Shown: positions 48,471-60,497 of the stretch, piece after piece
How the letters are laid out: each line of letters begins with the position of its first letter
Position numbering within the stretch: position 1 is the first letter of the stretch
Source of the DNA: Myxococcota bacterium
GTDB taxonomy: Bacteria > Myxococcota_A > Polyangia > Nannocystales > Nannocystaceae
Length of the DNA stretch: 64,000 nt
Assembly (NCBI GenBank): GCA_039028615.1
Contig: JBCCHT010000037.1
Coordinates: forward strand, 62,152-126,151
Direction of reading: 5' to 3'
Made by a program: the position numbers and the translations under genes
Notes under the pieces: generated by a model
The model's database searches: none
Told to the model about the DNA's origin: nothing
Seen by the model: only the letters and a program-made list of their open reading frames with translations

Positions 48471-49718
48471 ATGGCACGTCGTAGAATCGCGATCACCGGT
48501 ATCGGTCTCGTCACTCCGCAGGGGATCGGCACCGAGCTCACCTGGGGGCGCGTGCGCGCCGGGGAGTCGGGCATCGGCAACATCACCCGCTTCGACGCCA
48601 GCGAGTTCACCACTCAGTTCGCCGGAGAGGTCCGCGAGTTCGACGGCACCCAGTGGGGGCTCAAGAAGCGCGAACTCCGGCAGATGGACATCTTCATCCA
48701 GTACGGTCTCGCGGCGGCCCACATGGCGGTCGAGCAGGCCGGCCTCGTCGATTCGGCGCCCGACCCCGATCGCTTCGGCGTCTACGTGGGCGCGGGCATC
48801 GGCGGCCTGCACGGCATCGAGACCACCTGGGAGGGGCTCAAGGACAAGGGCCCGCGGCACGGCATCAGCCCGTACTTCATCCCCTCGGTCATCGTGAACC
48901 TGGCCCCCGGCCAGATCTCCATGCGCTACAAGGCGCGCGGCCCCAACATGAGCATGGTGTCCGCGTGCTCCACCGGAGCGCACTCCATCGGCGAGGCGGC
49001 CCGGCTCATCGAGCGCGGCGACGCCGACGTGATGATCGCGGGCGGCACCGAGTCCGCCGTGACCCCGCTGGGGATCGGTGGCTTCTGCTCGGCCCGCGCG
49101 CTCAGCCAGCGCAACGACGCGCCGACCAAGGCGTCGCGGCCGTTCACCAGCAGCCGCGACGGCTTCGTGCTCAGCGAGGGGGCGGCGATCCTCATCCTCG
49201 AGGAGCTCGAGCACGCCAAGGCCCGCGGGGCCACCATCATCGCGGAGGTGGTGGGATACGCGGCGAACGCGGACGCCTACCACATGACGATGCCCGCTCC
49301 CGACGGCAGCGGAGCCCAGCGTTGCATGACCCTGGCGCTCAAAGACGCTGGCCTGGCCCCCGAGGCGGTGGGCTACATCAACGCCCACGCCACCTCTACG
49401 TCGGCCGATTCGCTCGAAACGAAGGCGATTCGCAACCTCTTCGGTGACTACGCGTACAATGGGCTGGCGGTGAGCTCCACCAAGTCCATGCACGGTCACC
49501 TGCTCGGTGCCGCGGGAAGCCTCGAGGCGGCCATCTGTGCGCTGTCGCTGCGCGACGGCGTGTTGCCGCCGACGATCAACCTCGACGATCCCGACCCCGA
49601 GTGCGACCTCGACTACGTGCCGCACACCGCTCGCGAGACTCAGGTCGAGTACGCGATGTCCAACAGCTTCGGGTTCGGCGGAACGAACGCGGCGCTCGTC
49701 CTCAAGAAGGTGGTCTGA
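48471..49718 (+). CDS. fabF: Beta-ketoacyl-ACP synthase II
   Basis: [31 protein letters not shown]. Confidence 0.96.
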   Translation: MARRRIAITGIGLVTPQGIGTELTWGRVRAGESGIGNITRFDASEFTTQFAGEVREFDGTQWGLKKRELRQMDIFIQYGLAAAHMAVEQAGLVDSAPDPDRFGVYVGAGIGGLHGIETTWEGLKDKGPRHGISPYFIPSVIVNLAPGQISMRYKARGPNMSMVSACSTGAHSIGEAARLIERGDADVMIAGGTESAVTPLGIGGFCSARALSQRNDAPTKASRPFTSSRDGFVLSEGAAILILEELEHAKARGATIIAEVVGYAANADAYHMTMPAPDGSGAQRCMTLALKDAGLAPEAVGYINAHATSTSADSLETKAIRNLFGDYAYNGLAVSSTKSMHGHLLGAAGSLEAAICALSLRDGVLPPTINLDDPDPECDLDYVPHTARETQVEYAMSNSFGFGGTNAALVLKKVV

Positions 49719-49722
49719 GCTC

Positions 49723-50199
49723 GTGCGGTGGTATGTCGGCAGCGATCACGGAGGCGTGGTTCTGCGCGACCACTTGGTCGAGACGCTGCGCGGCGACGGT
49801 CACGAGGTCGTGGCCGTCGACGGCCCCACCGAAAGTGGTGAGTCGGTCGACTATCCCGACGTCGCCGTCGAGGTCTGTCGCCGAGTCGTCGCCGATGAAG
49901 GCAGCGCCGCGCTGCTCGTGTGCGGCACGGGGCAGGGCATGGCGATGTCCGCCAACCGCGTCCCCGGCATTCGGGCCGCGCTGGTGACCGACGTGTTCTG
50001 CGCTCGCATGGCGCGGGAGCACAACAACGCCAACGTCTTGTGCATGGGGCAGCGGGTGCTGGGCCCGGGCCTGGCCGCCGATCTCCTCCAGGCCTTCGCG
50101 GGCGCCACCTTCGAGGGAGGTCGGCACGCGCGGAGGGTGGGTAAACTCGAAGCGATCGCAACGGGCGAGGGGGTACCCCCGCCGACGGGCAGGAGCTAG
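49723..50199 (+). CDS. rpiB: Ribose-5-phosphate isomerase B
   Basis: GSDHGG, VDYPD, CGTGQG, AREHNNANVL, FEGGRHARRV; GTG start at 49723. Confidence 0.95.
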   Translation: MRWYVGSDHGGVVLRDHLVETLRGDGHEVVAVDGPTESGESVDYPDVAVEVCRRVVADEGSAALLVCGTGQGMAMSANRVPGIRAALVTDVFCARMAREHNNANVLCMGQRVLGPGLAADLLQAFAGATFEGGRHARRVGKLEAIATGEGVPPPTGRS

Positions 50200-50205
50200 C
50201 CGCCG

Positions 50206-50718
50206 GTGCTGTGCCCGGTCTGTCGCAGCGGGAGCACGAAGGTGCTCGACTCCCGCGACGGCCGGGACGGCGGCTCGGTACGCCGGCGGCGTTCGTGCAA
50301 CGCCTGCGGGCACCGCTTCACCACCCACGAGCGCATCGAAGAGACCCTGCCGGTCATCGTCAAGCGAGACGGTACCAAGCAGGCCTTCGACCGCGGCAAG
50401 CTGCTCCGCGGCCTACAGCTGGCTTGCCGCAAGCGGCCCGTGCGGCGCGAGCAGCTGGATGCCATCGTGCAATCGGTCGAGCAGTGGTCGTCCACCCGAG
50501 GTGACCGCGAGATTCATGCCGCCGAGCTCGGCGAGCGGGTCATGCACCACATGTACGAACTCGACGAGGTCGCCTACGTTCGCTTCGTCTCCGTGTACCG
50601 GAGCTTCGAGTCCGTGGTCGAGTTCTCCAACCTCCTGCGCGAGATGGAGAAGGCCGAGAAAGTCGATCCCGAGGGGCAGCGAACCCTCTTCGAGACGGTG
50701 GGGCGTAAGTCCAAGTGA
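50206..50718 (+). CDS. nrdR: Transcriptional repressor NrdR
   Basis: CPVC, VLDSR, RRRRSC..C..RFTT.E, ATP cone, VAYVRF.SVY. Confidence 0.97.
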   Translation: MLCPVCRSGSTKVLDSRDGRDGGSVRRRRSCNACGHRFTTHERIEETLPVIVKRDGTKQAFDRGKLLRGLQLACRKRPVRREQLDAIVQSVEQWSSTRGDREIHAAELGERVMHHMYELDEVAYVRFVSVYRSFESVVEFSNLLREMEKAEKVDPEGQRTLFETVGRKSK

Positions 50719-51818
50719 GCAGCGACCACGCCACCCTCGAGCGCTCGATGGCGCGCGCGGTCCGGCTCGCGCGCGCGGGACTGGGGGCGACGTATCCCAA
50801 CCCGTGCGTCGGCGCGGTGGTGGCTCGGCGGGGCGAGGTCTTGGGGGCGGCCCGCAGCAGCCCGACCGGGGGCGCCCACGCGGAGGTTCGAGCCCTGCGG
50901 CGGGCGGGCAAGAAGGCCAAGGGCGCCACGTTGGTCGTGACCCTCGAGCCCTGTCACCACGTGGGGCGCACCGGTCCCTGCACGGCGGCGATCATCAAAG
51001 CGGGCATCCGCCGCGTGGTCGTCGGCGTCCGCGATCCGGCGCCGCACGTCGACGGGCGAGGCATCCGGGCGCTGCGGCGGGCGGGCATCGAGGTCGTCCG
51101 CGGGGTGGGGGAGCAGGCCTGTCGCGAGGTGCACGAGCACTACCTGCACCACGTGCGAACGGGTCGGCCCTTCGTGACGCTCAAGGCCGGGACCTCGCTC
51201 GACGGGCGCATCGCCACCGCCAGCGGGGACAGCCGCTGGATCACCAGCGAGATCGCCCGTAAGGACGTGCATCGGCTGCGGGCCCGGCATCACGCCATCG
51301 CGGTGGGCGCACAGACGGCGCTGGCCGATGACCCGCGTCTCAACGTGCGGCTCGTTCGCGGGGTCGACCCGGTGCCCGTGATCTTCGACGGTCGGCTGCG
51401 CATCGGCGCCGCATCGGCGTCACCGGTCCAGTTGCTCCGGGCGGGCACCCTCGTCCTGCATACCGCCAAGGCATCGAGGGCTGCCCGTGCCCGGGTGATG
51501 GCGACGGGAGCCAGCCTGGTCGAGGTCGCGGACGACGGGCAGGGGCGTGTGAGCCTGCCCGCGGCGGTCGAAGCCCTGGGCCAGCGGGAAATCCGATCGC
51601 TGATGGTCGAGGGTGGGGGACGCCTGCATGGCGCATTCGTGCAGGCCGGTCTGTGGCAGCGCATGTTCCTGTATCAGGCGCCGCGCATCCTGGGCGAAGG
51701 GCGCCCGGTCTTCGGCGGCGTCGGCTGGGACACGGTGGAGCAGTCGCCGCAGGTGCGCGTCGTGAAACGCCGGACCATGGGCGTGGATCTGCTCACGATC
51801 ATCGAGCCGCTCCGCTAG
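50715..51818 (+). CDS. ribD: Riboflavin biosynthesis deaminase/reductase RibD
   Basis: PNP.VGAV, HAE, TLEPC.H.GRT.PC, SLDG, VEGG. Confidence 0.96.
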   Translation: MSSDHATLERSMARAVRLARAGLGATYPNPCVGAVVARRGEVLGAARSSPTGGAHAEVRALRRAGKKAKGATLVVTLEPCHHVGRTGPCTAAIIKAGIRRVVVGVRDPAPHVDGRGIRALRRAGIEVVRGVGEQACREVHEHYLHHVRTGRPFVTLKAGTSLDGRIATASGDSRWITSEIARKDVHRLRARHHAIAVGAQTALADDPRLNVRLVRGVDPVPVIFDGRLRIGAASASPVQLLRAGTLVLHTAKASRAARARVMATGASLVEVADDGQGRVSLPAAVEALGQREIRSLMVEGGGRLHGAFVQAGLWQRMFLYQAPRILGEGRPVFGGVGWDTVEQSPQVRVVKRRTMGVDLLTIIEPLR

Positions 51819-51908
51819 CGTGCCGTGCGGACCCGTTGCGAGCGTCGTGCTCGCGGGTGTGAGGGGGGATCGGTCGACCCTCGGCTCGGGCTGAGGTAGA
51901 ACCAGCCC

Positions 51909-52582
51909 GTGTTTACCGGCCTGGTACAGAAGGTCGGGACGCTGCTCTCCAAGCGACCCGGGACGGAGTGCGAGACGCTCGTCATCGCCGCACAGCTCGA
52001 TGTGCGCGACCGGGAACTCGGAGCCAGCGTCGCCGTCAACGGGGTCTGCCTCACGGTGACCGAAGCCGACTCGGAAAAGTTCAGCGTGGATGCGGCGTTC
52101 GAAACGCTGCGCCTCACCACGCTGGGTCGGCTGTCCCAGGGGCAGCGGGTCAATCTCGAGCCCGCGCTGCGCGTCGGCGATGCGCTCGGAGGCCACCTGG
52201 TCTCCGGTCATGTCGACGGCATCGGCCGGGTGCGGAGCATCGCGTCTCGCGGCGATGCCCGCGAGATCTGGTTCGACGTCCCCGACGAGCTGATGCGGTT
52301 TTGTGCGGCCAAGGGCTCCATCTGCATCGATGGCACGAGCCTCACCATCAATGCCATCGACACGCAGGGGCTGTCGGTCGGGCTCATCCCGCACACGCTC
52401 GGCGCGACCACCCTCGAAGCGCTGACCCAAGGGGCCAGCGTCAACCTCGAGGTCGATCAGGTCGCGCGCTACGTGGCCCGCTTGATCGAGCACCGCGAGT
52501 CGGCCGCGTCCAACAAGGGCGACGGCGTCTCGGTGGAAGACCTCATGGAAGCGGGATACCTCGACCCCGGAGAAGGGCGCCG

Positions 52583-52586
<4 letters not shown>
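51909..52586 (+). CDS. ribE: Riboflavin synthase (alpha chain)
   Basis: MFTGLV, S.AVNGVCLTV, GGHLVSGHVD, KGSI.IDG.SLT. Confidence 0.96.
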
Positions 52587-53743
<1,157 letters not shown>

Positions 53744-53749
53744 GCACCC

Positions 53750-55009
53750 GTGGCCGATCGTGCGCCGCGGGTATTGCTGGGCGTCAGCGGCGGCATCGCG
53801 GCCTACAAGGCGCCCGAGCTGGTGCGGGCCTTCGTCAAGGCGGGCATCGAAGTCCAGGTGGTGATGACCCCGGCTGCACGGGCCTTCACCACCGAGATGT
53901 CCCTGTCCACGGTCAGCCAGCGACCGGTGCGGGTCGAGCTGCTCGATGCCTCCGAAGAGGGCAACGTCGGGCACATCGAGCTCGCCGATTGGCCCGACCT
54001 CGTCGTCGTGGCACCCGCCACCGCCAATATCATGGCGCGTGCGCGGGCGGGCATGGCCGACGACCTGCTCAGCACCGTGCTGCTCGCCACGCGAGCCCCC
54101 GTGCTGTGGGCCCCCGCGATGAACACCAACATGTGGAAGCACCCGGCCACGCGCGACAACCTGGCCGTGCTCGGGGAGCGCGGGGCTCACTTCGTGGGCC
54201 CCGATCGCGGTGACTTGGCCTGCGGCTGGGTGGGGGAGGGGCGGATGATCGACCCGCCCATCATCGTCGAGCGTGCGCGAGCGCTGCTGGCCGGGGACGA
54301 CGACGCGGCCTCCTGGGTGGGACGGCGCCTGCTCGTCTCCGCGGGGCCGACTCGTGCCTATGTCGATCCGGTGCGCTTTTTGACCAATGCGTCCACCGGG
54401 GCCATGGGTTTTTGCATCGCCGAGATGGCCGCCCGTCGCGGGGCCGACGTCACGCTCGTGGCGGGACCGGTGCAGCGGGCGACGCCGCCCGGGGTGCGTC
54501 GGGTCGATGTCGAGACCGCGGACGAGATGCTGCTGGCGATGTCCGAGGAACTCGGGGCGCTGCCCTACCAGTGGGTGGCCATGGTCGCCGCGGTGGCTGA
54601 TCTGAAGGCCAAGAATCCCCACTCGGGCAAGCTCGACAAGGCGGCGCTGCCCCAGGCGCTGGCCGCCGACGCGTGGGTCGAAGGCGTCGACGTGCTCGCC
54701 ACGTTGACCGCTCGCTTCGGCGACCACACTCGCTTCTTGGGCTTCGGGGCACAGACCGTCGACGAGGGCGAAGACGTCGCCGCCTCGTTGCTCGCCGCCG
54801 GTCGCAGCAAGCTCTCGCGCAAAGGCTGCGACGCCATCTTCGTCAATCGGGTCGGCGTGCCCGGCGTAGGCTTCGGTAGCGACACCAATACCGGCGTGCT
54901 CGTTCGGCGTGGCATCGATGCCGTCGAAGATGCGGGCGCGCCCATGGCCAAGCTGGCGCTCGCGGGATGGCTGCTCGATCGTCTGTCGGAGGACGTCGAT
55001 GCCGGATGA
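53750..55009 (+). CDS. coaBC: Phosphopantothenoylcysteine decarboxylase/ligase
   Basis: GGIAAYK, APATAN, PAMN..M, GPT...DPVRF.TN.STG.MG, AAVAD. Confidence 0.96.
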   Translation: MADRAPRVLLGVSGGIAAYKAPELVRAFVKAGIEVQVVMTPAARAFTTEMSLSTVSQRPVRVELLDASEEGNVGHIELADWPDLVVVAPATANIMARARAGMADDLLSTVLLATRAPVLWAPAMNTNMWKHPATRDNLAVLGERGAHFVGPDRGDLACGWVGEGRMIDPPIIVERARALLAGDDDAASWVGRRLLVSAGPTRAYVDPVRFLTNASTGAMGFCIAEMAARRGADVTLVAGPVQRATPPGVRRVDVETADEMLLAMSEELGALPYQWVAMVAAVADLKAKNPHSGKLDKAALPQALAADAWVEGVDVLATLTARFGDHTRFLGFGAQTVDEGEDVAASLLAAGRSKLSRKGCDAIFVNRVGVPGVGFGSDTNTGVLVRRGIDAVEDAGAPMAKLALAGWLLDRLSEDVDAG

Positions 55010-56117
55010 GGCGGCGGAGCTCGCTCGACAATTCGCGCGGACGCTCGAGGACCTGAGGGCGCGGCACGAGCTGTCGTACGTCGGAGCGACGGCGATGCCA
55101 TCGCCGGCCGACGATGTCGCGAGCGAAGCGTCGGCCGAGCCCGAGAGCGCAGCGCCGGAGGCGTCGACGCCTGCGACTCACGACGCTCGCGCGGACGCGC
55201 AACCATCCGCGCCCGTGAAGCCATCGCCGTCGCCCGCAACGTCGCAGTCCCAGCCTGCGCGACCCGAGTCGCCGCGTCCCGATGTGGGCGGATCACAACG
55301 GACCGCTCCGCCATCGTCTCCGGCGAGACCATCGCGACCGAACGCGCCCACTCCCAAGGCCGCCGCACCGTCGCCACGCCCCGCGGCGCCGGCCGATCCG
55401 GAGCAGCGAGCCGACGCCGCGAAGGCTCGTAGCGCCGCCCTTCGCGAGCAGGCGCAGCAGTGGAGCCCAGCCACCAAACTCCAGTACCTGCAGCGGCGTA
55501 GCGTGGGCGATTGTCAGCGCTGCCCCCTGGCGCGCACCCGCAACAAAATCGTCTTCGGCGTCGGCAATCCCGAGGCCGATTTGATGTTCGTGGGCGAGGC
55601 CCCCGGTGCGGACGAAGATCGCCAGGGGGAGCCGTTCGTCGGCCGTGGCGGCCAATTACTCAATCGCTGGCTGCACGATCTCGAGCTGCGGCGCGAGGAC
55701 GTCTACATCGCCAACGTGCTCAAGTGTCGACCGCCGGGCAACCGCGATCCTCGACCCCAAGAAGTCGATCGTTGCTCGCCGTTCCTGCAGGCTCAGATCC
55801 GCTCGATCGCCCCCAAGGTCATCGTCGCGCTGGGGCGTCACGCGGGCATGCTCTTGTCGCGGCGCGAGGACATGACGCTGCGCAAGATGAGGACCAGCAC
55901 GCGGCTGGTCTACGACGCGGGCGCACCCAAGGCCGACCCCACCGCGAGGATCCGCATCCCGTTGGTGGTGACCTATCACCCGGCCTATGTGTTGCGGCAA
56001 GAAGGCGACGGACGTCGGCCTCCGCCCAACGCTCATGCCGGTCGCGCATCGCCGACCGAGATGGTGATGACCGACCTTCGGCGTGCGCTCGGCATCGTGA
56101 ACGCGGGCGCGTCGTGA
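54999..56117 (+). CDS. Uracil-DNA glycosylase family 4 with Pro-rich N-terminal extension
   Basis: [33 protein letters not shown]. Confidence 0.93.
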   Translation: MPDEAAELARQFARTLEDLRARHELSYVGATAMPSPADDVASEASAEPESAAPEASTPATHDARADAQPSAPVKPSPSPATSQSQPARPESPRPDVGGSQRTAPPSSPARPSRPNAPTPKAAAPSPRPAAPADPEQRADAAKARSAALREQAQQWSPATKLQYLQRRSVGDCQRCPLARTRNKIVFGVGNPEADLMFVGEAPGADEDRQGEPFVGRGGQLLNRWLHDLELRREDVYIANVLKCRPPGNRDPRPQEVDRCSPFLQAQIRSIAPKVIVALGRHAGMLLSRREDMTLRKMRTSTRLVYDAGAPKADPTARIRIPLVVTYHPAYVLRQEGDGRRPPPNAHAGRASPTEMVMTDLRRALGIVNAGAS

Positions 56118-56404
56118 CACGCGACCCGAGGCGGCCGTAGTTGTTCGCCGCGTAATTGGCAAGTCAAGTTTTCTTGCCCCGCGTGGGGCAAAAATCTTCA
56201 TCGACGTCATCCGATGTTCAGGGAGACTCGGACAACGCGCGACGCCTTCCGACCGGAACGTGCGCCGTCCATCATCGTTTGCAAACGTGGAACAGACGGG
56301 CCCACCGACCTGCGAGATGGAGCACTCTTTCGGGCTTGGAAAATTGTTGACGCACCATCGTCACGGACCTTAGGTTGTTCGCCCGCGTTCGCGCTCCGTT
56401 GCCC

Positions 56405-57025
56405 ATGACCAAGGCTGAACTGATCGATCGAATCGCACGCTCTCGCGACCTGCCGCCGGACATCAGCAAGAAGCTCATCGGCCAGGTTCTCGGGCTCGCG
56501 TTCGACGAACTCGCGAGCTACTTCGCTCGCGCCCGGGTCACGCGTACTCAGAGCCCGCGCTTCACCTTCCCGCGCTTCGGCACCTTCACCAAGAAGCGAC
56601 GGAGTGCACGGCGAGGCGTCAACCCGCGAACGCTCGAGCCGATTACGATCGAAGCCTGCGACACCATCGACTTCAAGGCGAGCCGAGAGCTGCGCGAAGC
56701 GATGAACCCCGACGGCGCCGCCGAGACCACTCGTCCCCGCGCCAAGGTCGGGCCCGCGAAGAAGAAGTCCTCCGCCAAGAAGAAATCCACGAAGAAGAAG
56801 ACGTCGCGCAAGGCGAGCGAGTCTCCCTCGCGAGCCCGCGGTCCCGGCAAACGACGCCTGACCCCGCGCGACGAAGAGACCGAGGTGCCCACGTCGATCG
56901 GCGAGGCACTGTTCGATCCCAAGGCCAAGACGAAGACCAAGGCGAAAGCCAAGGTCGAGCTGCCCGCCTCGCCCATGCAACGGGTGAAGGGGCGCGGCCG
57001 GGCCGGGTCCCGTGGGACGGGCTGA
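56405..57025 (+). CDS. HU/IHF-family DNA-binding protein with Lys-rich C-terminal tail
   Basis: MTKAELI, FGTF....R..R.G.NPRT...I.I, F.....L; TTGACG-N18-TAGGTT promoter at 56347-56376. Confidence 0.88.
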   Translation: MTKAELIDRIARSRDLPPDISKKLIGQVLGLAFDELASYFARARVTRTQSPRFTFPRFGTFTKKRRSARRGVNPRTLEPITIEACDTIDFKASRELREAMNPDGAAETTRPRAKVGPAKKKSSAKKKSTKKKTSRKASESPSRARGPGKRRLTPRDEETEVPTSIGEALFDPKAKTKTKAKAKVELPASPMQRVKGRGRAGSRGTG

Positions 57026-57053
57026 GCGTTTCGATACGCTCGGGGCGTAGTCC

Positions 57054-59759
57054 ATGTCGGAAGGAATTCGCGCTCGAGGTTTTGCTGCGTTGGCGCAGCT
57101 GGGCCTGCGGCGTCCGCTCTTGCTCATCGGCCTGGTCGTCGGCCTCACCCTGATCGCGGGCGCGCTCATCCCCGGCATCGGGGTCAGTACTTCGCGCACG
57201 GGCCTCATCTCCGACGACAACCCGCAGCAGGCCCGGCTGCTCGATTTTTACGAGCGCTTCGGTCGACCCGACAGCGCGGTGTTCCTGGTCTCGGGTGGCG
57301 AGCCCGAGGCGCGGCGCGCCATCGTCGATCAGCTGCAGGCCAAGCTCGAGGCCGAGCCCGAGTTCGCCGGGCGGGTGCTCGCCCACGTCGAAGCCGAGAC
57401 CGTCGCGCCGCTGTTGCTGCTGCAGCAGCCCGACGCGTTGGTGCAGCTGCGCGGGCGACTGCCCTCGGGCACCAAGCTCGACAAACTCATCGAGGGGGGC
57501 CTGCCGGCGTGGCTCGGCCTGCTCGAAAACCAGATCTACGAGCAGCTCGAGGGGGCCGAGGACGGCGAGGCCGAGGCCCAGCCCACCTCGCCCGAGCAGG
57601 TCGACGAGGGCCTGCGGCAGCTCGGCATGATGGCGCGCCTGCTCGACGCAGTGCTGGCCGGGGAGGACGCGATGTCCATCCTCGCCAGCGACGCTCGGGT
57701 CGAAGCACAGCCCGGCCTCGACGAGCGCGGCTACCTGGTCACCGCCGACGGCAACAACCACCTGCTCAACCTCTTCATCGAGCTGCCCAGCGACGAGGCG
57801 GCCGACGTGGGTCCGGTGGTCGAGCGCATCCGGGCCATCCGCGACGAGGTCATGGCCGAGGCCCCGGAGGGGATGGCCGCCGACCTGACCGGCATGCCCG
57901 CGCTCATCACCGACGAGGGCGTCATCTTGTCGGCCGGCATGCGCGATTCGACCATCGCGACCACGCTGGGCATCGCGCTGCTGTGCTTGCTGCTGTTCCG
58001 CTCCTTCCGGCAGATGGTCATCGCCTTGCTGCCGCTGGGGCCCGGCGTCGTCGTCACGCTGGCCGTCATTCACCTCGCTTACGACGATCTCAACCTCATC
58101 ACCAGCAGCCTGTTCGCGGTGCTGCTCGGGTTGGGCATCGATTTTTCCGTGCACGCCATCTCCCGCTTCAACGAGGAGATTCGGGCGGGCGCGGAGCCGC
58201 AGGCCGCGGTCGAGGCCGCCATGGTGCGCAGTGGTCCCGGCGTACTCACCGGGGCGGTCGTCACCGCGGCCGCGTTCCTGACCTCGGCCACCACCGAGTT
58301 CACCGCCTTCGGTGAGCTGGGCATCGTGACCGCCGTGGGCCTCATCGCCGTGGTGGTGGTGACCTTTGCGTTGTTGCCCGCGCTGCTGCGCCGCAAGGCG
58401 GAAGCCAAGACCTCGCCGCCCGAGCCGCCTGGTCTGGCTGCGGTGCCCGGTCTGCTGCGCAAGCTCCAGTGGCCGCTGCTCATCGGAGGCCTCGCTACCG
58501 CCATCGGGGGGGCCATCGCGCTGGGGCAGGTCGGGTTCAACCCGCGCTACTTCGACTTCTTGCCCGACGAGACCGAGGCCTCGCGGGCGCTCACCCGCCT
58601 CGAGTACGACCCCCTGGCCAGCCCGGTGTTCGCCAACATGCGCGCCGAGTCGGTCGCGCAGGCCCGCGACATGACCGAGCGTCTGCGCGAGCTCGACAGC
58701 GTGGCCGGGGTGCAGTCGGCCAGCGACCTGCTGCCCGCCCTCGACGACGCTCAAGTCGCCTCTCTGCGCGCGGGCTTTGCCGACCTACCCACGCCCAACT
58801 TCGACGCGCTGGCCGAGCGCAAGACGAGCGCGGCCGAGCTCGCCAAGGCGGCAGGGGGCGTCGTCGATGCGCTCGACGAGTCACGCCTCGCGATGAGCAC
58901 GGCCGGGCTGCCCACCGCGGCGATGGACGAGACCATCGCGTCGTTCAAGGCGCTGCGCGATCGAGCCAAGACGCTCGACGAGGCCGGTCAGGCTCGGCTC
59001 GCCACGCTCGAGCCCCAGGCCGCCGCCGTGCTGCAGCCCGCCTGGGAGACGGCCACAACGGTCGCCGAGCGAGGCCAGACCGCGCCCGAGGACCTCCCGC
59101 CGCTGTTCGCTCACCGCTACGTCTCCAAGGACGGCCAGTTGCTCGCGCTCTATGTGGTGCCGGCCGGGAAGTTCTGGGAGCGAGACGTCGCCGAGCGCTT
59201 CCGCAAGGACATGGTCGAGGTCGACCCCGGGGTCTGCGGCCTCGCCACCGTGCACGTGCGCCACGGCGAGATCATCGTCGACGGCTTCATCCGCGCCGCG
59301 GGCATGGCCGCCATCTTGGTGGTGCTCATCCTCGCCCTCGACTTCCGCAGCCTCAAGGACGCGCTGCTTTCGTTGGTGCCCACCGTCATCGGCTGGCTGT
59401 GGATGGTCGGCATCATGGTGCTGGTGGGGCTGCGCTTCGACGTGGCCAACGTGGTCAGCATGCCGCTGGTGTTGGGGATCGGCATCGCGTTCGGGGTGCA
59501 CATGATGCATCGCTGTCGCGAGGTCGAGCTCGACGACAGCCCGCTCGAGGGTCGTCTGGACACGGTGGTGCGGGGCACGGGCGGGGCCATTGCCGTCGCC
59601 GCGCTGACCACCATGGTCGGCTTCGCGGGGCTCACCATCTCCGACTACGGCGGCATGCAGTCGTTCGGTCAGGTGATGATGATCGGCATCGGAACCTGCC
59701 TGGTCGCCACCGTCATCGTTCTCCCGGCGCTGCTGCTCGTCATCCGCCGCGTTCGATAG
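57054..59759 (+). CDS. MMPL/RND-family transporter (HpnN-like)
   Basis: LTG.P, GLGIDF.VH..SRF.EE, GELG, LGIG...GVH, TTM.GF motifs; two TM bundles. Confidence 0.88.
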   Translation: MSEGIRARGFAALAQLGLRRPLLLIGLVVGLTLIAGALIPGIGVSTSRTGLISDDNPQQARLLDFYERFGRPDSAVFLVSGGEPEARRAIVDQLQAKLEAEPEFAGRVLAHVEAETVAPLLLLQQPDALVQLRGRLPSGTKLDKLIEGGLPAWLGLLENQIYEQLEGAEDGEAEAQPTSPEQVDEGLRQLGMMARLLDAVLAGEDAMSILASDARVEAQPGLDERGYLVTADGNNHLLNLFIELPSDEAADVGPVVERIRAIRDEVMAEAPEGMAADLTGMPALITDEGVILSAGMRDSTIATTLGIALLCLLLFRSFRQMVIALLPLGPGVVVTLAVIHLAYDDLNLITSSLFAVLLGLGIDFSVHAISRFNEEIRAGAEPQAAVEAAMVRSGPGVLTGAVVTAAAFLTSATTEFTAFGELGIVTAVGLIAVVVVTFALLPALLRRKAEAKTSPPEPPGLAAVPGLLRKLQWPLLIGGLATAIGGAIALGQVGFNPRYFDFLPDETEASRALTRLEYDPLASPVFANMRAESVAQARDMTERLRELDSVAGVQSASDLLPALDDAQVASLRAGFADLPTPNFDALAERKTSAAELAKAAGGVVDALDESRLAMSTAGLPTAAMDETIASFKALRDRAKTLDEAGQARLATLEPQAAAVLQPAWETATTVAERGQTAPEDLPPLFAHRYVSKDGQLLALYVVPAGKFWERDVAERFRKDMVEVDPGVCGLATVHVRHGEIIVDGFIRAAGMAAILVVLILALDFRSLKDALLSLVPTVIGWLWMVGIMVLVGLRFDVANVVSMPLVLGIGIAFGVHMMHRCREVELDDSPLEGRLDTVVRGTGGAIAVAALTTMVGFAGLTISDYGGMQSFGQVMMIGIGTCLVATVIVLPALLLVIRRVR

Positions 59760-59909
59760 CCGACCGCCCGTCGGGTTCCGGCATCACGACGATGCTACGT
59801 TCGTAGCGAAGACGCGCGCGGCACTGCAGCGGCGGGAAATCGACCCGTGCGCACGAAGAAGCCGCGCCCGTCGGGAGACGGAGCGCGGCTTCGGTTTGGG
59901 GGGGCCGGG

Positions 59910-60497
59910 TTACTTGGGAGCCACGAGGGTGGTCTTCCGCGTATCGGTCTTCTTGTTCGGCGACAGGTTGGTGGGACGTCCGGCACCGGGATCGGGATCC
60001 TTGGTCGGCGTGGTCAGGTTGCCGGGACGGTCGGCACCGGGATCCGGGTCCTTGGTCGGCGTGGTCAGGTTGCCGGGACCGGGAGGGGGCGGGTCGCTCT
60101 TGCTACCGCCGCTGAGTCGACCGCCGCCGCCACGCGTGGGCTTGGTGCGGGTGGGGTCGCTGGGCTTGGTGCGCTTGGGGTCCATCGTCTTGTTCCGCTC
60201 GGGATCGGACGAGGAGGTGGTGGGCTTGCGCGTGGGCTCGGGGGAGTCGGCCTTGGGTGCGGCCTTCTTGGGCGGCGGGGCCTTGGAGCTCGTGCTCTTG
60301 GCGGCCTTGGGCGCGTTGTTGGCCGGGCGGCTCGCTTTGCTCGGGCTCTTCTTGGCCGGCTTGGCGCTCGAGGAGCTGGGGGCACGAGTGTTGTTGTTGG
60401 AGCCGGACCCGAAGCTGATGTGACAGCCCGAGAGGCCCACGAGGGCGGAGATCAGAGCGGCAGGAACGAGGCTTCGATGGGCAGCAGGCTTCGACAT
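59910..60497 (-). CDS. Low-complexity Lys/Pro/Thr-rich lipoprotein
   Basis: Lipobox LSGC then disordered basic chain with 2x PGNLTTPTKDPDPGA. Confidence 0.72.
   Translation of the reverse strand: MSKPAAHRSLVPAALISALVGLSGCHISFGSGSNNNTRAPSSSSAKPAKKSPSKASRPANNAPKAAKSTSSKAPPPKKAAPKADSPEPTRKPTTSSSDPERNKTMDPKRTKPSDPTRTKPTRGGGGRLSGGSKSDPPPPGPGNLTTPTKDPDPGADRPGNLTTPTKDPDPGAGRPTNLSPNKKTDTRKTTLVAPK
59975..60078. repeat. Two-copy 51-bp coding tandem repeat
   Basis: cggcaccgggatc..gtccttggtcggcgtggtcaggttgccggga occurs twice in frame. Confidence 0.85.

Noticed and set aside
46331..49718. fabD-fabG-acp-fabF as a type II PKS or secondary-metabolite cluster
   Set aside because: Canonical rpmF-plsX-fab housekeeping context; no chain-length factor or tailoring genes
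51819..51908. FMN riboswitch in the rib operon
   Set aside because: The gap is only ~90 bp and lacks the conserved RFN sequence blocks
59975..60078. Direct repeat considered as a CRISPR remnant
   Set aside because: Only two abutting copies, in frame within a CDS, no unique spacers, no cas genes
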